From NCBI GenBank assembly GCA_965235115.1, contig OZ249436.1:34598001-34662000 (forward strand): a stretch of DNA of 64,000 nt, given 5' to 3'. Position 1 is the first letter of the stretch. Each line of letters opens with the position of its first letter. This DNA is from Laetmonice hystrix (lineage: Eukaryota). The translations under genes were made by a program, and so were the position numbers. The notes beneath the pieces were generated by a model. The model did not search any database. It had not been told where the DNA came from and saw only the letters and a program-made list of their open reading frames with translations. Below, in pieces: positions 35,681 to 48,800 of this stretch.

Positions 35681-38600
35681 TACAGCCACCAATTTTCCGT
35701 TCTCCCCATAGGAAATTTCTGAAGTTCATATAAAATAGACATTTCATAAATAGAGAGGCGCGCCTTGAGGCGTAGTCATATTATGGACATTCGACTATCT
35801 GCATGCGATTACAAATATTTTCTTTACTTTTTATCTTTTTTTCCTTGCGTGTTAGCCAGATTTATTAATGCACCAGGTAGACGCACATGTTTGTAAACCG
35901 CTGTGTTTGCTCCGCATAAGTCTTTTTTCATATGCACTCTATTTACATTGATTACGACATTACTTCCCCTGCGGAGCTCACACTGGCGATGTACCAGATG
36001 TCTCTGTGTTATTGCTATAGCGACGACAGAATTTGTGCGACTGTTAACCATACAAGTGAACTCAATTAGCCGTTTGGTTGCTTTGGTTTGAGTATTTCCG
36101 CAACTTGGCCGCAAATATCTCCATCTCACCCCAAAGATGTCGACAGGTATAGGCCGATCACTGGTAGACCCCAGTGAAAGCCGTCACATGAAGTTTTTTC
36201 ATATCATCAGGGACGATTCATATTTCAAACTGCTGCTGTGCGTTAGAATATGCAGCCCTTTGCATGAGCCATTGGCAGTACGCAGTGACGATACGTTCTG
36301 ACGCTCACAGAATGCGGTGAGTTCGGTCGTTCTGATTGAAGTCAGTTTGCTATTACAAAGATCTTTGAGAAATGGGTTGGAATCAGTAACGTCTTTGAAC
36401 CCACCGATATCTGGTTCCCCGACTATTCCAATGGCAGGCAGACAGAAATGATATACTTCTTTTTAATAGTCCAGACCGATCCACCGAGGTCATTCCAGTA
36501 AACCATAAAACAGGGAGAAATCTGAGTAAAGCGTCCACCCCGAAAGAAAATATAGTATCTCGCAATTTGGATAAAACTATTTCGTTTTATCTTAAAGTAC
36601 AATACATCTCGACATACGAGGTTTTCCTCCGAAACCGGCCCCTAGGTGGTTTAAATATCCCACGTAAATGCTAGGTCTGACTACATTTTCTATGGTTGTA
36701 GTAGTGTGATGGGTTTACTGAAACCAGATTAAGTCGTCTAGTGATATTTAGTACAGGCATGCTGCATGGGTAAAGGGAAAAAAGGTTCCAAGAAACTTTT
36801 GAAATAGACGGTTAGTGCAATCCTTTGAAATCAGAAATGAAGTGCATCATTATCAGTCGCCGATGCGTTTGGCCTTTCGGTTGTATATGGTCTTCTCTGC
36901 CACAAAGGTAATGACGTCAATCCCCAGAAGAAATCGTTTGCAGGTAGGAATACTTATGAGCATGCAGTTTTATCAGTGTCAAAGGAAATAACCATTTAGG
37001 ACGGCACCAATAAAAAAAAAACTTTTCGTGTCAGGGGGCTTTAGGAGATGCAAGGGGTTGTATATTGTAATAAGTTCAGCCAACAAGAAAATATAAAGAA
37101 ACTAGCATGTGGAACCCGTCCAGACGGAACTGATCTCAAAGACGACCGACCAACTCTTCAGGAATGCACGCCAGGTCAGTTTTAACCTATGATCCTGTTC
37201 CAAGTCTTCTTTTATTCGGCCAGTCCCAATCGTATTCACTCATCAGGTGTAGAATTATAGCACTCTGAGCTCGTGTCAAATTGAAAGTGCCACCTACAGC
37301 TTCAGAATGGAGGCGAGCAGAAACGTCGTCTATACGATTCGTGAGGATGGATGCTGGCACCTTATCGCGCTCGTATATTTAGGAATACAGTATCGGTAGT
37401 TGTATCGAATCAATCTATCCATTCGTCGTCATTATAATGGCTCAATGATGGAACCGTTAGAGTATACATCAAGTGTATCCTCACCAACCGGTCGATTATA
37501 TGCCACACATATTTCTACCATTGCCTTCTCACTCTGCAAGGACAGGTCCACGACACGTAGATTCCAGATCGATTTTGAAGTTATGCCCAAAAGGAAGGTG
37601 TATATGTATTTATACAGGAGAGTTTGTAGTTGAAAATTAATCCCTCTCATTACAATGAAACTGCATAATTGTTCGATTAAACAAGGTAGACTAAGTCATT
37701 TCAAGTATTATTGCTTGTTGTTTTATATTTGTTATTCCATATGGATGGGTATGGCTCTATAATGATCGATTTCCCAATCGACAACCCTGTGTATACACTA
37801 GTAACCTTTAAAGCCATCCCCAATGATGCCGTCATAGAGGCCAACAGGCCAAGTGCGGTCATGAAACACAATTGCATGTAGTATATCCTTGATATACTAC
37901 ATTCATATTGGGCTGAGGTCCGCCGTCCACTATATCTTAAGGTTGTGGTGTTTTAGCTGTCATGTCTATAAGTATCTGTATGTGTAAAACTGTTCAATTG
38001 TTCCTGTCTCACCTGTTACGATTGGCCCACGCCCACGCATCTATTGCCAGCGAAGTCAATCGATGCTAAGCCTACTCGTACGTTCTAAGATATACCTTTC
38101 TATAACGCATTTGAGATAGTAGTCAAGAAAAATAATACCCACCGTGTCCATAATGCGCCTACGTTCTGTTCATTAAATCTTCATAATGCTGCCCTTACCA
38201 GGTTCTTACACGATCCTTGTCCCTATCTCTCCATTGCGCGTGTCGGGTTAATAGTCCGGAAGGTTGTTACAGGCAGTTTTCACGGAGCGTGCCCGGAGGT
38301 GAACGATTTGTTTGAACGACACGTGGATCCGTGGATCCGTCCATCCCGATACGTTCCACACGATCTGCTGTACGTGATGGCGCTGGTCTCCATGGCGCCG
38401 GCCGGCCGGCCAGCCCGGGGGAGGGGGTCATGCTCACTAACTCCCAGGTGGATACCTCCCGTCAATGTAGACTCTAAACGTCCTGAGGGAGATCAAGTCC
38501 CACCACGCGTCGGTCGATTCGGCGGCGTGTTGTATAGACAGGGAGATGGAGAGTATCGAGGCCATAAGTAAAGAAAAGACGGAGGGGGCTTGTGTCGAAG

Positions 38601-38688
38601 TTGAAAGTATATGTCACTAGCACGTGGTTGTCAGGGCGGCGTCCTCTGAACACCTTCATACGTGCACATGCCATAACGAAGCTGGCCG

Positions 38689-38697
38689 TATATATAG
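38689..38697 (-). promoter_or_regulatory. Candidate TATA box for a distal Nav2 first (non-coding) exon
   Basis: On the minus strand, ctatatatac is followed by a GC-rich stretch that ends in the donor TG|GTAAGG at 38199/38198. The assignment is inference only. Confidence 0.25.
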
Positions 38698-38868
38698 ATT
38701 TAGAACCGAGTGAACCCTTTGTCTACCTGTGTAGGCCTATATATAATGAGTAGACTAGTTACAGGCTCGTGGCCCTACAAATATAGTCACCCGAGAACCA
38801 GATCTTGCATGGGTTGTTTTTGTTATATTTTCACTATACCAAGCCTTGCATTTCTCCGAAACTGTTAA

Positions 38869-40007
38869 AGGTAATATGTCACGAATTTTAAATAATACGT
38901 CGTGTTTCAGCAAAAATATGTCTGCATTGCGGTTCTCCGATATGCCCCAAAGATTCCCTGCCTGTTTATGTAGCTTTGGCCGGTATTTTGTAAAAAAAAA
39001 TCGCCAATTTTTAATGCGGTCACTGAAAATGACACACTTAGATTCCGAGACCCCGGGATTTGCAGCCGGCTGTGTTTTGCACCCTTTTCACACGATCGGC
39101 GGCATTCGGGACTCCCTCGGCCATATCTTCGAAAGTATCCTCGGGTGAAATAGGCGCCATTTTGAGCATTGCATCGCGGGTACATTTAGCCAGGACTCTC
39201 GACAGCATGGCAGTGCTTGCAGTATTTTGTCTGCATGAGGCATGGAAGCAACTAAAATAAGCCTACAGTGCTTTCCCCGAAGTCAGTGGGCAATATTACG
39301 ATAGTATCATGTTCACGATACAACTTAAATTACAAGTAGTCCTACCATGTGTCGTCCAGTTGTCGTTCATGGGCGCGGCCATATTGCTTCCCGTAATTTA
39401 ATAAATTACCGTATTGACGCCCATTTAGGTAAATTAGGTGACTCATTTTTCTTCTTCAAACGTTCCCCTTCATACCAGAAATTTATATTTGCACATACAA
39501 CGCCGAAGCAGCAGGTGTCAATAATGTCCTACTTCCTGGCTCGATGGGATATGACGGTTCACTCAGTGCCTCGCTACCCACCTCCATTTGGCCATGTATC
39601 CGGTTGCCAAACATGGCCGCTAATCCACCCGAGGGTATATTCGAATAGCAGGAAGTGACGTCATATATGCCCGAGGGAATCCCGAATGGATCGGCGGATG
39701 GGCCATTATAGCCCCGTGTTTACATCTCGAGTAATCACAGCGAGAGTCACGTGATCATGGGACCCGTTCAAACGATTCGCGGCAGCCAAAGGGGGCCAAA
39801 ATGGCGGATTCCTCGCACTTTGCTGACACTGCAGCTAGTTTTATTCATTTTTCTACATTACCTAAGGGGGGATTTCACAGCTGTCTACTCGTAGTATGTG
39901 TGACAGAATCAATATTAAAAAAACAATCAGTGCCATAAAGTACGTCAGTGTTAAGCAGGTAAGCAGAAACTGAAGATTTCGGTCGATACTCCCGTGACAT
40001 ATTTCCT
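38869..40007. mobile_element. Kolobok-like non-autonomous element (TTAA TSD) carrying a nested 9-bp-TSD element
   Basis: ttaa|aggtaatatgtcacg ... cgtgacatatttcct|ttaa. A related truncated copy lies at about 54208-54561 and an end fragment at about 3240-3295. Confidence 0.75.
39103..39688 (+). mobile_element. CATTCGGG-family DNA transposon, copy A (9-bp TSD)
   Basis: Termini cattcggga...tcccgaatg; TSD GATCGGCGG at 39094-39102 and 39689-39697. Confidence 0.9.
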
Positions 40008-40547
40008 TTAAATGAGAATTACGGTATTCTCCTTTGATAAATACGGCCCAAATAATCCATACCACGGAGTGGGCTATGTTAAAAAAATAGAAATTCTATT
40101 GACATTAAAAGAGTGTTAATTTTAGTGCACATGTGTAGACTCTCTACTAACAGATTTCCAAGTCCCCCTAGAATGGAGGTGTGACGGATCTGCACTCCAA
40201 AAGCCTAAAGTCCGTGATATTGTATTATATCAATATATCTTCATAATCCTGCATGTCCAGGGATTCCTGGTCTGGCGGACTTCCATTCCGGTTGACTTGC
40301 ATTGCTTTCACACCTGCGGTGCCCAACTGGACCACCCCCATCTCGGCTGACGCTAGGTGGCGCGTCTAGCATGCTGTAAGCGCCATCTTTCGTTACGTGA
40401 ACAAGTTATTTTGAAACCTCAATGCCTCTCTGAGTCACCCGTCTCTGCACGCTCACGATCGCGCCCATTTAAAAAATATTCTTGCCCATTTGCTGAAATG
40501 ACCGCTCATTGATCCTGCACGGGACCATTGGTAAGCCACAGGGGACC

Positions 40548-40668
40548 AGGGACCTTATTCACAAAGCACACGCAAAGCTTACGGGACCGTAAAGCTATTA
40601 TCCTCCCGTTGTTTAATAATAGTTTGCGGGTCCCCAAGTCCTACGTATCCTTTGTGAATAAGGTCCCG
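40548..40668. mobile_element. Palindromic MITE
   Basis: gggaccttattcacaaag ... ctttgtgaataaggtccc are foldback arms. Confidence 0.7.
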
Positions 40669-42777
40669 GGCATTCGGAACACCTCGACTTCCGGTTCCGC
40701 TTCGCTACTGTTGTAGTCTCGGACCTCGCGACACATTCATTTTTGCAGTATTAATGAATAGCCTGGTACCCGGTGCCTTAACCATACGCATCCGCTATGT
40801 AAGGCCCGGTGATGGCTAACAGAAAGCTGTAAAACGGAAGTGGTTAACTCCAAGCACTTCCGCCTCGGAGCTAATCACTTCCGCCTCCGGCGTTAACAGA
40901 GTGATTGACTTCTGCTTGGAGCGTGGCCGGGGAGTGGCGTATGCAGACCGTAGCAGGTGTGGGGACTGCTGACGCTGTGTTTACATCCAGAAAAGCGAGG
41001 ACATTTAACACTTGTATTTTAAAGGGATTGGCGAAAATATTTGTGTCTTGTTGGAGAAATACGGAGGGTACGGAACTATACCTCGTTTGCGTCCATGTTT
41101 TCGATGGGCCAATCACAACGCTTGCTTCGATTGGCCATCACCAGGCTTTATATACGAAGTCAATATAGAGCTGGGGACCAGGCCATATTAATGAAATCAT
41201 ACGACTTTACTAGCTTGCATCCACACTCGCACTCCCTCGGATTTCCGTAAATCCTCATTCGTATACCGTGCAAAGCTTCACAGGAGAAAAATAGTTCAAA
41301 ATGGCGGCCGCCATCGGGGGAAAATAAAAGTTGTGATTTTAGTAAAATTTGAAGTTGTAACAAGTTTTTAACTGAAAGCTAATGTAGTAATAACTCACAC
41401 TCTTTAATCATTAAGGGGGATTCTAGAATTAATATTGACCGATGCCAGCTTACAAAGCGTTTAGGCCTACTGCTAATCCGAGTCTCCTGTCAGGTGTCGA
41501 GGAGTTGCAAACAGTACGAGTTTTGAACTGTCTTTGATTAAACGTTTCTGTCACCAAATTGTATTTATTTCAACAACTAGATTAAGCCACGAAGATCATT
41601 CGTATAAATACCCACCACAATTCATCCTTTTTAACACCTAAGTTGTCCTAGTTATGATGGTGGATGCACCAAACAGAGAGTGTCATGAGCTCTGCCAGTT
41701 GAGAGAAAGTATAACTGGCGCCACCTGTTGAGTAGGGCTTGCATCGACATAAGAAATGACGTCATATGCCTGAGGGAATCCCGGGGGAATCCCGATTGAG
41801 ACAGCGCGTCCATGGGACGGACGTCGACATCTGTTAAATTACCTTACACAGTGCCAATAGGCGACTTCATTTAACTGACCATGACCTCCTAAATACGCAT
41901 TGATATTCACTTTTAATGTGGCTCAATAGCTATCAGGGATAGCCATCTAGACCTGCACTTTATCACTCAAATTTTGTGTAGGCCTAAGCGAGCATGCCGC
42001 CAGCTGGGGGTCGATCTACTGCCTGACGATAAACAATGCCAATGGGAATGTTAACATCTAAAAAAAAATATCTATATTTGCCGGAATAGATTTTCTTTGA
42101 CCGCTAATCTAGGCCTACCTGTCAGGGGTATCAAGCCGATATCTGTTTTTAACGAAGCCAGACACTGATTGTCTTTCACCTTTGTCGGTGTGTCGGCCAT
42201 CGTCATTTTGACCATCGTGTGTCACGTGATAAAAGAAGATCCAACATGGCGACGACCGTGCGATGGCCGAGGGGGATGTCCCACGCTCACATTCGCGCCC
42301 ATTTGCTAAAATGAACGCTCACAGATCCTGCACAGGACCCTGGGCAAGCCGCAGGGGGTAACGAGGACACCGGGGCGAAGTACTTTCACCGTAGCACATG
42401 GAAGACATGGCTTCCCGCGTGACACCAGTCAAACCAACGGTGGGTAAGCTCAAGACAGTCAACCAGCGTAAGTTTAATTCAAGACCTGTTCAATAACGTC
42501 AGACATCTTGCCGACGGGCACGCACTACTTTGTATCCACGGGGTAGTAATCTAACGAGTGTGACGAGTGAGGTGGCGCGGATGCTCCTAAACGGGCCGTG
42601 AGTGATATGTAATCTGTGAGAGTGCTTTCCCCGCACGAACGAAGATTGCCGAAGACACTCGAGTGTGAGAATGGGGGGATGTCCCAAACAGTCCCGAGGT
42701 GGGCCGAATGGGGAGGCCCATTTCACTAAGCGAGGACATCCATCTACGATTCAGAGACATCCCGTTTCACTAAAATG

Positions 42778-42946
42778 CAGTAGCGTACCGGGGGGGGGGG
42801 GGGTGCTTGTGGTGCTCAAGCACCCCCCTCAATTTGCCCAATCTTTTTTGTGCGGTTGTTGCCCACAGCCCCCTCACAATTTGCAGCGCCTACGACATTG
42901 GTTATTTCCAGCACCCCACTGGGTCCAGTTTCTGGGTAGGCCACTG
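42778..42946. mobile_element. CAG-ended MITE with 5-bp TSD
   Basis: cagtagcgtacc...ggtaggccactg; TSD AAATG at 42773-42777 and 42947-42951. Confidence 0.7.
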
Positions 42947-43017
42947 AAATGTCCTTGAAATTAACATTGCCTGAATTAGGGATGTCGCCAGGGAGGGACA
43001 TGTTAGTGGAACATTTT

Positions 43018-43870
43018 CAGGCCCGTAGCCAGGGGGGGGGGGGTCGGACTATAATTTCCCTGGCCCTGTAATGACCCCCCGCTCATGTCTTGGAGCCTTC
43101 GCCTTCTCCTGGATCCACCCATGACTGCCCCCCCCCCCCAACTCAGAAATTTCTATAGCTACGGCCCTGTAATAGACTGCCCAACCATACCTTGTTCCAC
43201 CCCATTCGGGACTCCCTCGGGCATATGACGTCACTTCCTGCTATTCGAATATACCCTCGGGTGGAATAGCGGCCATGTTTGGCAACCAGATACACCGCCA
43301 AATGGAGGTGTGTAGCGAGGCACTGAGTGAACCGTCATATCCCATCGAGCCAGGAAGTAGTGCATTATTGACACCCGCTCCTTCGGCGTTGTATGTGCAA
43401 ATATAAATTTCTGGTATGAAGGGGAACGTTTGAAGAAGAAAAATGAATCACCCAATTTACCTAAATGGGCGTCAATACGGTAATTTATTAAATTCTGGGA
43501 AGCAATATGGCCGCGCCCATGTACGACACGCGTACGACACTGGCCCGACACATGGTAGGACTACTTGTAATCATGTTGTAATTTAAGTTGTATCATGACA
43601 TGATACTATTGTAATATTGCCCACTGACTTCGGGGAAAGCATTGTATGCCTATTTTAGTTGCTTCCATGCCTGATGCAGACAAAATACTGCAAGCACTGG
43701 CATGCTGTCGAGAGTCCCGGCTAAATGTACCCGAGATGCAATGCTCAAAATGGCACCTGTTTCACCCGAGGCTACTTTCGAAGATATGGCCGAGGATTCC
43801 CGAATGGTTCCACCCATCGAAGTCCAGACCCCCCCCCCCCCCCCCACCTGGAAGGCTGGCTACGGGCCTG
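43018..43870. mobile_element. CAGGCCCGTAG-ended element with 5-bp TSD
   Basis: caggcccgtagcc...ggctacgggcctg; TSD ATTTT at 43013-43017 and 43871-43875. Confidence 0.75.
43203..43806 (-). mobile_element. CATTCGGG-family DNA transposon, copy B (9-bp TSD)
   Basis: Reverse-complement match to copy A; TSD GTTCCACCC at 43194-43202 and 43807-43815. Confidence 0.9.
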
Positions 43871-44632
43871 ATTTTTAGTGGGGATGGCCCCAGATCAGGG
43901 ATGTCGCGGGGATGTCACCGGTAGTGAAACGGGCCCAGGCTAACGAGGACATGAGCTGGTTCGCGGCTCACTCGCTAGGTGGCTCTGTAGTCGACGCGAG
44001 TAGGCGCCACAATCGGGAATCCTCGGCCGTTTCTTGGAAAGTAGCCTCGGGTGAATTCAACGCCATTTTGAGCATTGCTCACCGCTAATATTCTGTATAG
44101 CCTACCTATCTTAGGCCTATTCCGTGCAAAACATATGATATAGCCACAATAGAATGCATTTCAGACCATGATGTTTCTCTAAGATTTATTGTAGGCCTAA
44201 CTAGCTTCAATCTTGCAGAGATCATAAAAGAGGATGCCCTGACTACATTAGGACACCCCACCAAGATTACATGACGGTTTTAAGAAACCCCGACGGAATA
44301 AAGCATAGTTGGGGCATCTTAGCGGTGAACCATTTATCAATTAGGCCTCACTCGGCACACCGTTCGACTGACCGACGTCATGTCTCGGCTGTACGACGAA
44401 GGTCGCCATGTTAGGGGTGTGTTGGACTTTACAGAGTTAGAATATCTGGTTTGCTCGCAGATGAAGAAGAGACTGCTCTGCCTCTACGGTAGAAAATTCG
44501 GGAAGGATAGGTATGTTGAGAAATTATTGAACTATGTGCCTGTGCGTAGGGGGGAAATTCGACTATTTATAGCTCATCTCTACATCCGCGATGCCGCTTT
44601 ACACGACTTTGCGCAAATCCTGGGGCCGCTTC

Positions 44633-45760
44633 CATTCGGGATTCCCTCGGGCATATAACGTTATACGTGTATCTGCATATACCCTCGGGTGTAATGGGCG
44701 AAATCGACCTGTCAGGGCTGTCCATTTGTCGCTATGTCGCATATTGGAGCGACAACAACAACGCAAATGAGACAAGGAAAAAACTGAGCGACAGATTGAT
44801 TTGGGAACCAGGCCTAGGTGACGCATTCTATTTGGTGGTCCCCCATGCAGTGACCCATAGTCAAAGCACTGTAACCACGCAATCTCCCAGGAGGAAGCGT
44901 GACGGAGATAGGCCTAGTGCCTTTTTGGGGTAAAGTTGAGCAGATTTGACTTTAATTTGAAAAGATTATACTTGGCCGTCTGTTTCCCAACGCCTTTGCC
45001 GCCTACACCCATCCCCTTCCTTGTAAAATAGCTGCGAAAATGGGCGTGTGGGGACTCTGTGGTTAAGGGGGCCGAGGAGTTGACTTGCTCGAAATTTCTC
45101 TGTCCGGTTTTTGTTCTGGTTGCTTTGCCTGAATTATCCCCACTGTTTTGCCCGAATTGGGGCTGGACTGCCCTCTGCCCCCGTCCCGGCTCGTACGCCT
45201 GGCTTCTAATTTGCTGGGGTTGATAGTTCTGGTGCGCAGATTTGGATGTGCTGCGCACCAAACAGCCGCAACTTTGGACAGCCCTGCCCACATGTGTAGC
45301 GAGGCACTGAGTGAACCGTCATATCCCATCGAGCCAGAAAGTAGTGCATTATTGAAACCTGCTTCTTGGCATCGTGTGTGCAAAAATATATTTTGTGGTA
45401 TGAAGGGGAACGTTTGAACTGAAAAAAATCAATTACCTAATTTACCTAAATGGGCGTGATACGGTAATTTATCAAATTATGGGAAGCAATATGGCCGCGC
45501 CCATGAACGACAGCACCACGACAGATGGTATGACTACTTGTATCATGAACATGATACTCTCGTAATATTGCCCACTGACTATGGGGAAAACACTGGAGGC
45601 CTATTTTAGTTGCTTCCATGCCTGATGCAGCCAAAATACTGCAAGCACTGCCATGCTGGCGACAGTCCCAGCTAAATGTACCCGAGATGCAATGCTCAAA
45701 ATGGCGCCTATTTCACCCGAGGCTACTTTCGAAGATAATATGGCCGAGGATTCCCGAATG
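44633..45760 (-). mobile_element. CATTCGGG-family DNA transposon, copy C (9-bp TSD), with an internal CAGGGCTGTCCA-TIR insert at 44713-45286
   Basis: TSD GGCCGCTTC at 44624-44632 and 45761-45769; the right about 470 bp match copy B. Confidence 0.85.
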
Positions 45761-45859
45761 GGCCGCTTCATACATCCGAGGGAATTAGGCCTATGTGCAA
45801 TGATGGCATATGGAATTTCTTTGCTATGTCACTACATGTAAACTGTAAACACTCACAGT

Positions 45860-48800
45860 AGGGGTATACATGGGTAAAATTCGACACGATCGACACGCCG
45901 ACACGGCCGTAAAATGAAGGGCGACATTGCGACATCCTCTTCTTAACGTGCGACGGACACACCTCCCAAATGGCTGATAAAATTCGACGTGAGACATCCA
46001 GAATTGCAATAAAAATAGACATGCGACACATTGATTTACTTAACAGGTGACACACGACATCGACAATTATTAAATTAGCGACGTGCGACGTAGGCCTACC
46101 GTAAAAGCGATCTATAGGTCAGTCTCTTGTGTTAACTAAAGCCACGTGTCACAGCATTTTGCCCCCTGCTGCTGCCCTCTACCGCTGCACCAGACCAAAA
46201 CCAGACGCGGCGATAGACAAACTGCCACCAGAGGGCGCAGGTCTCCAGCATTAGCCAACCGCAGCGCCATCTCTTGTCAGAGTGGCCCCCTTTTCAACGT
46301 CACAGATGTAGGCCTAAATGACGACGGCAAGTACCTACGGCAAGAGGAAAGTCTTGCTCTTGGTAGGTCCAGGCCCGTAGGCTGGGGGCATGGCCGTATT
46401 TAGGGGGGGGGGGGGGCTGAGGGGGCTGCAGCCCCCCCAACCAAAATCAAGTCAATTTTTTGTTCCTCTTGTATCAGTGAATGTTTGTATGACGAGGAGA
46501 ATCCAAAATATACGCTGGTACATAACAGTCCAGCTTTAACCCAGCAGGTCTAACGTTAGGCCTAAAAGTGTTCAAGCTAATCATGGGAAGCACCATGGTC
46601 CATGCCTCTCTTGAAATGCCTAATAGGGGGGCCCGGGGGGGCCTAAACCCCGCTAGGTGAGTTCACCAGGCATTGACAAATCAGTCATTTTCTGTCCCAG
46701 GTGCCGGGAAATCGCATCTCCGGGCTTCCTAATTTCAAAATTTTCTGGGGGAGTAGGGGAAAGCGGGGCATGGCGGGACTCGGGGCATGAAGGGACATGG
46801 CTCTAGTTCCTACACTTTCCATCAGATGGGGCTGGGATTCCCTATAGTTGTCACAGCCTTGATGGAAGACATATTGGTGTTGACGGATCCGAACGTCAGA
46901 CCCACATTTATCTGTAATCATCTACAGACTGAAATTCTTGGCACCCAAACTTCCGCCAGGTAAATACTTAACACCCCCTGAGTCTCTAGAACTAAGAATG
47001 ACTGACTATTCTCACACCAACAGTTAGTGTCGGCATTATGGAGTAAACATTCATTACGTAGCTCGTGATGCATCATCTACTCTGGCGGGAAGAGGACATC
47101 TTTGTGACGTTAAGGGTGGGGCATAATGGGACAGTGGCTTATGGGCCACAATGGGTAACTGTCCCATCATACCCCATGAGTAGGTAGCGCATGGGCATCC
47201 ACGGAGGGCGGGGGGCAGGGCAATGGGGGCAGTACCCCTGCATATTACGTCTGTGATTTGTGTCTGTAAACTGACTGTACCGGTCAGCCCCGACCCTGTG
47301 TTAACAGCGTCCCGTAATACCCCGTACTCAAGGGGCACGATGGGACAGTGTTTAATTTTTTAAAAGTTGTGTTTTTTATTTCCTAGAAGTTAAAACTGTT
47401 CCTAATCAGAACTGGTAATAAAGGTTGGTAGTAGGTATACTGCTGTACTATTTTCATGTTCCAGGTGGGTAACGATTTTTCAAAAAACACATTTCAAAAA
47501 GTGTGGCCCGTTATGCCCCGCTTTCCCCTACCCCCCGACCCCCCTCCTTTTCGTTTACTCGCGCCTGCGGCGCTCGATGACGCGCGCCTACGGCGCTTGT
47601 CAGCCCCCCCTGAAACAATCCTGGCTACGGCCCTGGGGGGGGGGGGGGTTACTTGGGTTACTGGTAACCTACCCGCAGAGCCAGCCAAGGTCCGCCTAGT
47701 CAAGATAAAAAGGTCTGCCCAGGGGCGTGGGACCGATTTTTCATTTGGGGGAGGGGGCACAAAATTGCCCTGCCAATTGAAAATACCCCAGATGTATGGT
47801 TGTTAGGGCTCCAATTTTTCATTTTTTTCTGGGGGAACATGTCCCGGACCCCAGATGCAGACCCCCCTAGCACGCCCATATTCAACATCACCTGACCAGG
47901 GGCAGAACTGCACTGCCACTGGTATCTCAGAAGGGGCGGGTACCACCCGGGGGGGGGGGGGTACTTCCCAATCTAAAAATCTAAAGAGATTCCTTGTAGG
48001 CCTATACTGTGCCTCAGTAATTGCTCTCAGATTTCTGAAACATGGCCAAAATGCCCCATTTCACTCCTAGTTTAAAAAAATTCCTGCCGGGGGGGGGGGG
48101 GGGAGCATGCCCCCGGACCACCCTACACACAGTTCGTGCCTACAGTGGCTTTGCTGCTGCATTTCACATTCTTAAACGTTGGAACCACTGGTATTGGAAA
48201 CCAGTTTCAATATCAGTGCATGGTCAAGAAACAGCTCTGGATCCACCCCATGCAAATTTATGGAACTCATTTCACTATAAGCAGTGCACCCCTTTTCTCT
48301 CCCCCTCAAGTGCCCTTTTTTATTTTTACGAAAGATATTTAAAATCTAAATGTCCAATTGTCTAGGCCTATTATAGCCCTAAAGACTATATCGCGTATTT
48401 GGCACAGTAATTTATATTTTTTTCTGGGGGAGGGCCCCCAGCCCCCCTTCATGGCTTCGCGCCTTCGGCGCTCGCACCCATGGGGGGGCATCCCCTTTAC
48501 CAAATTCCTGGATTCGCCCCTGACTGCCCCCACACTCTAACTACGGCCCTGTTGATATGTGCATAGGTCTATAGGCCTATGCCACTTTTATTTGACTGTT
48601 TAGGCTATACTCACTGGGGGGGGGGGGAGGGGGAGAAAGTGCCCTTTTTCCATAGCACCCCCCCCCCCCCCCACGTTTTGAAAATCCTGGATCCGCCCCT
48701 GATAAGTAACCCACCCATTTTCAGACCAGCCTACGGGCCTGAGGTCTCTGCATTTATCTCGGCCTAATTTTAAATTTATCTTTGATCACACCCTCCTGCA

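Larger units (their letters stand above)
42714..43936. mobile_element. TIR element hosting nested insertions
   Basis: ggcccatttcacta ... tagtgaaacgggcc; contains 42778-42946 and 43018-43870. Confidence 0.55.

Noticed and set aside
39347..43551. Near-identical about 105-aa ORFs in opposite orientation (39347-39658 and 43231-43551)
   Set aside because: They lie inside copies of the non-autonomous 9-bp-TSD element, show no recognisable domain, and the frame is not preserved in copy C.
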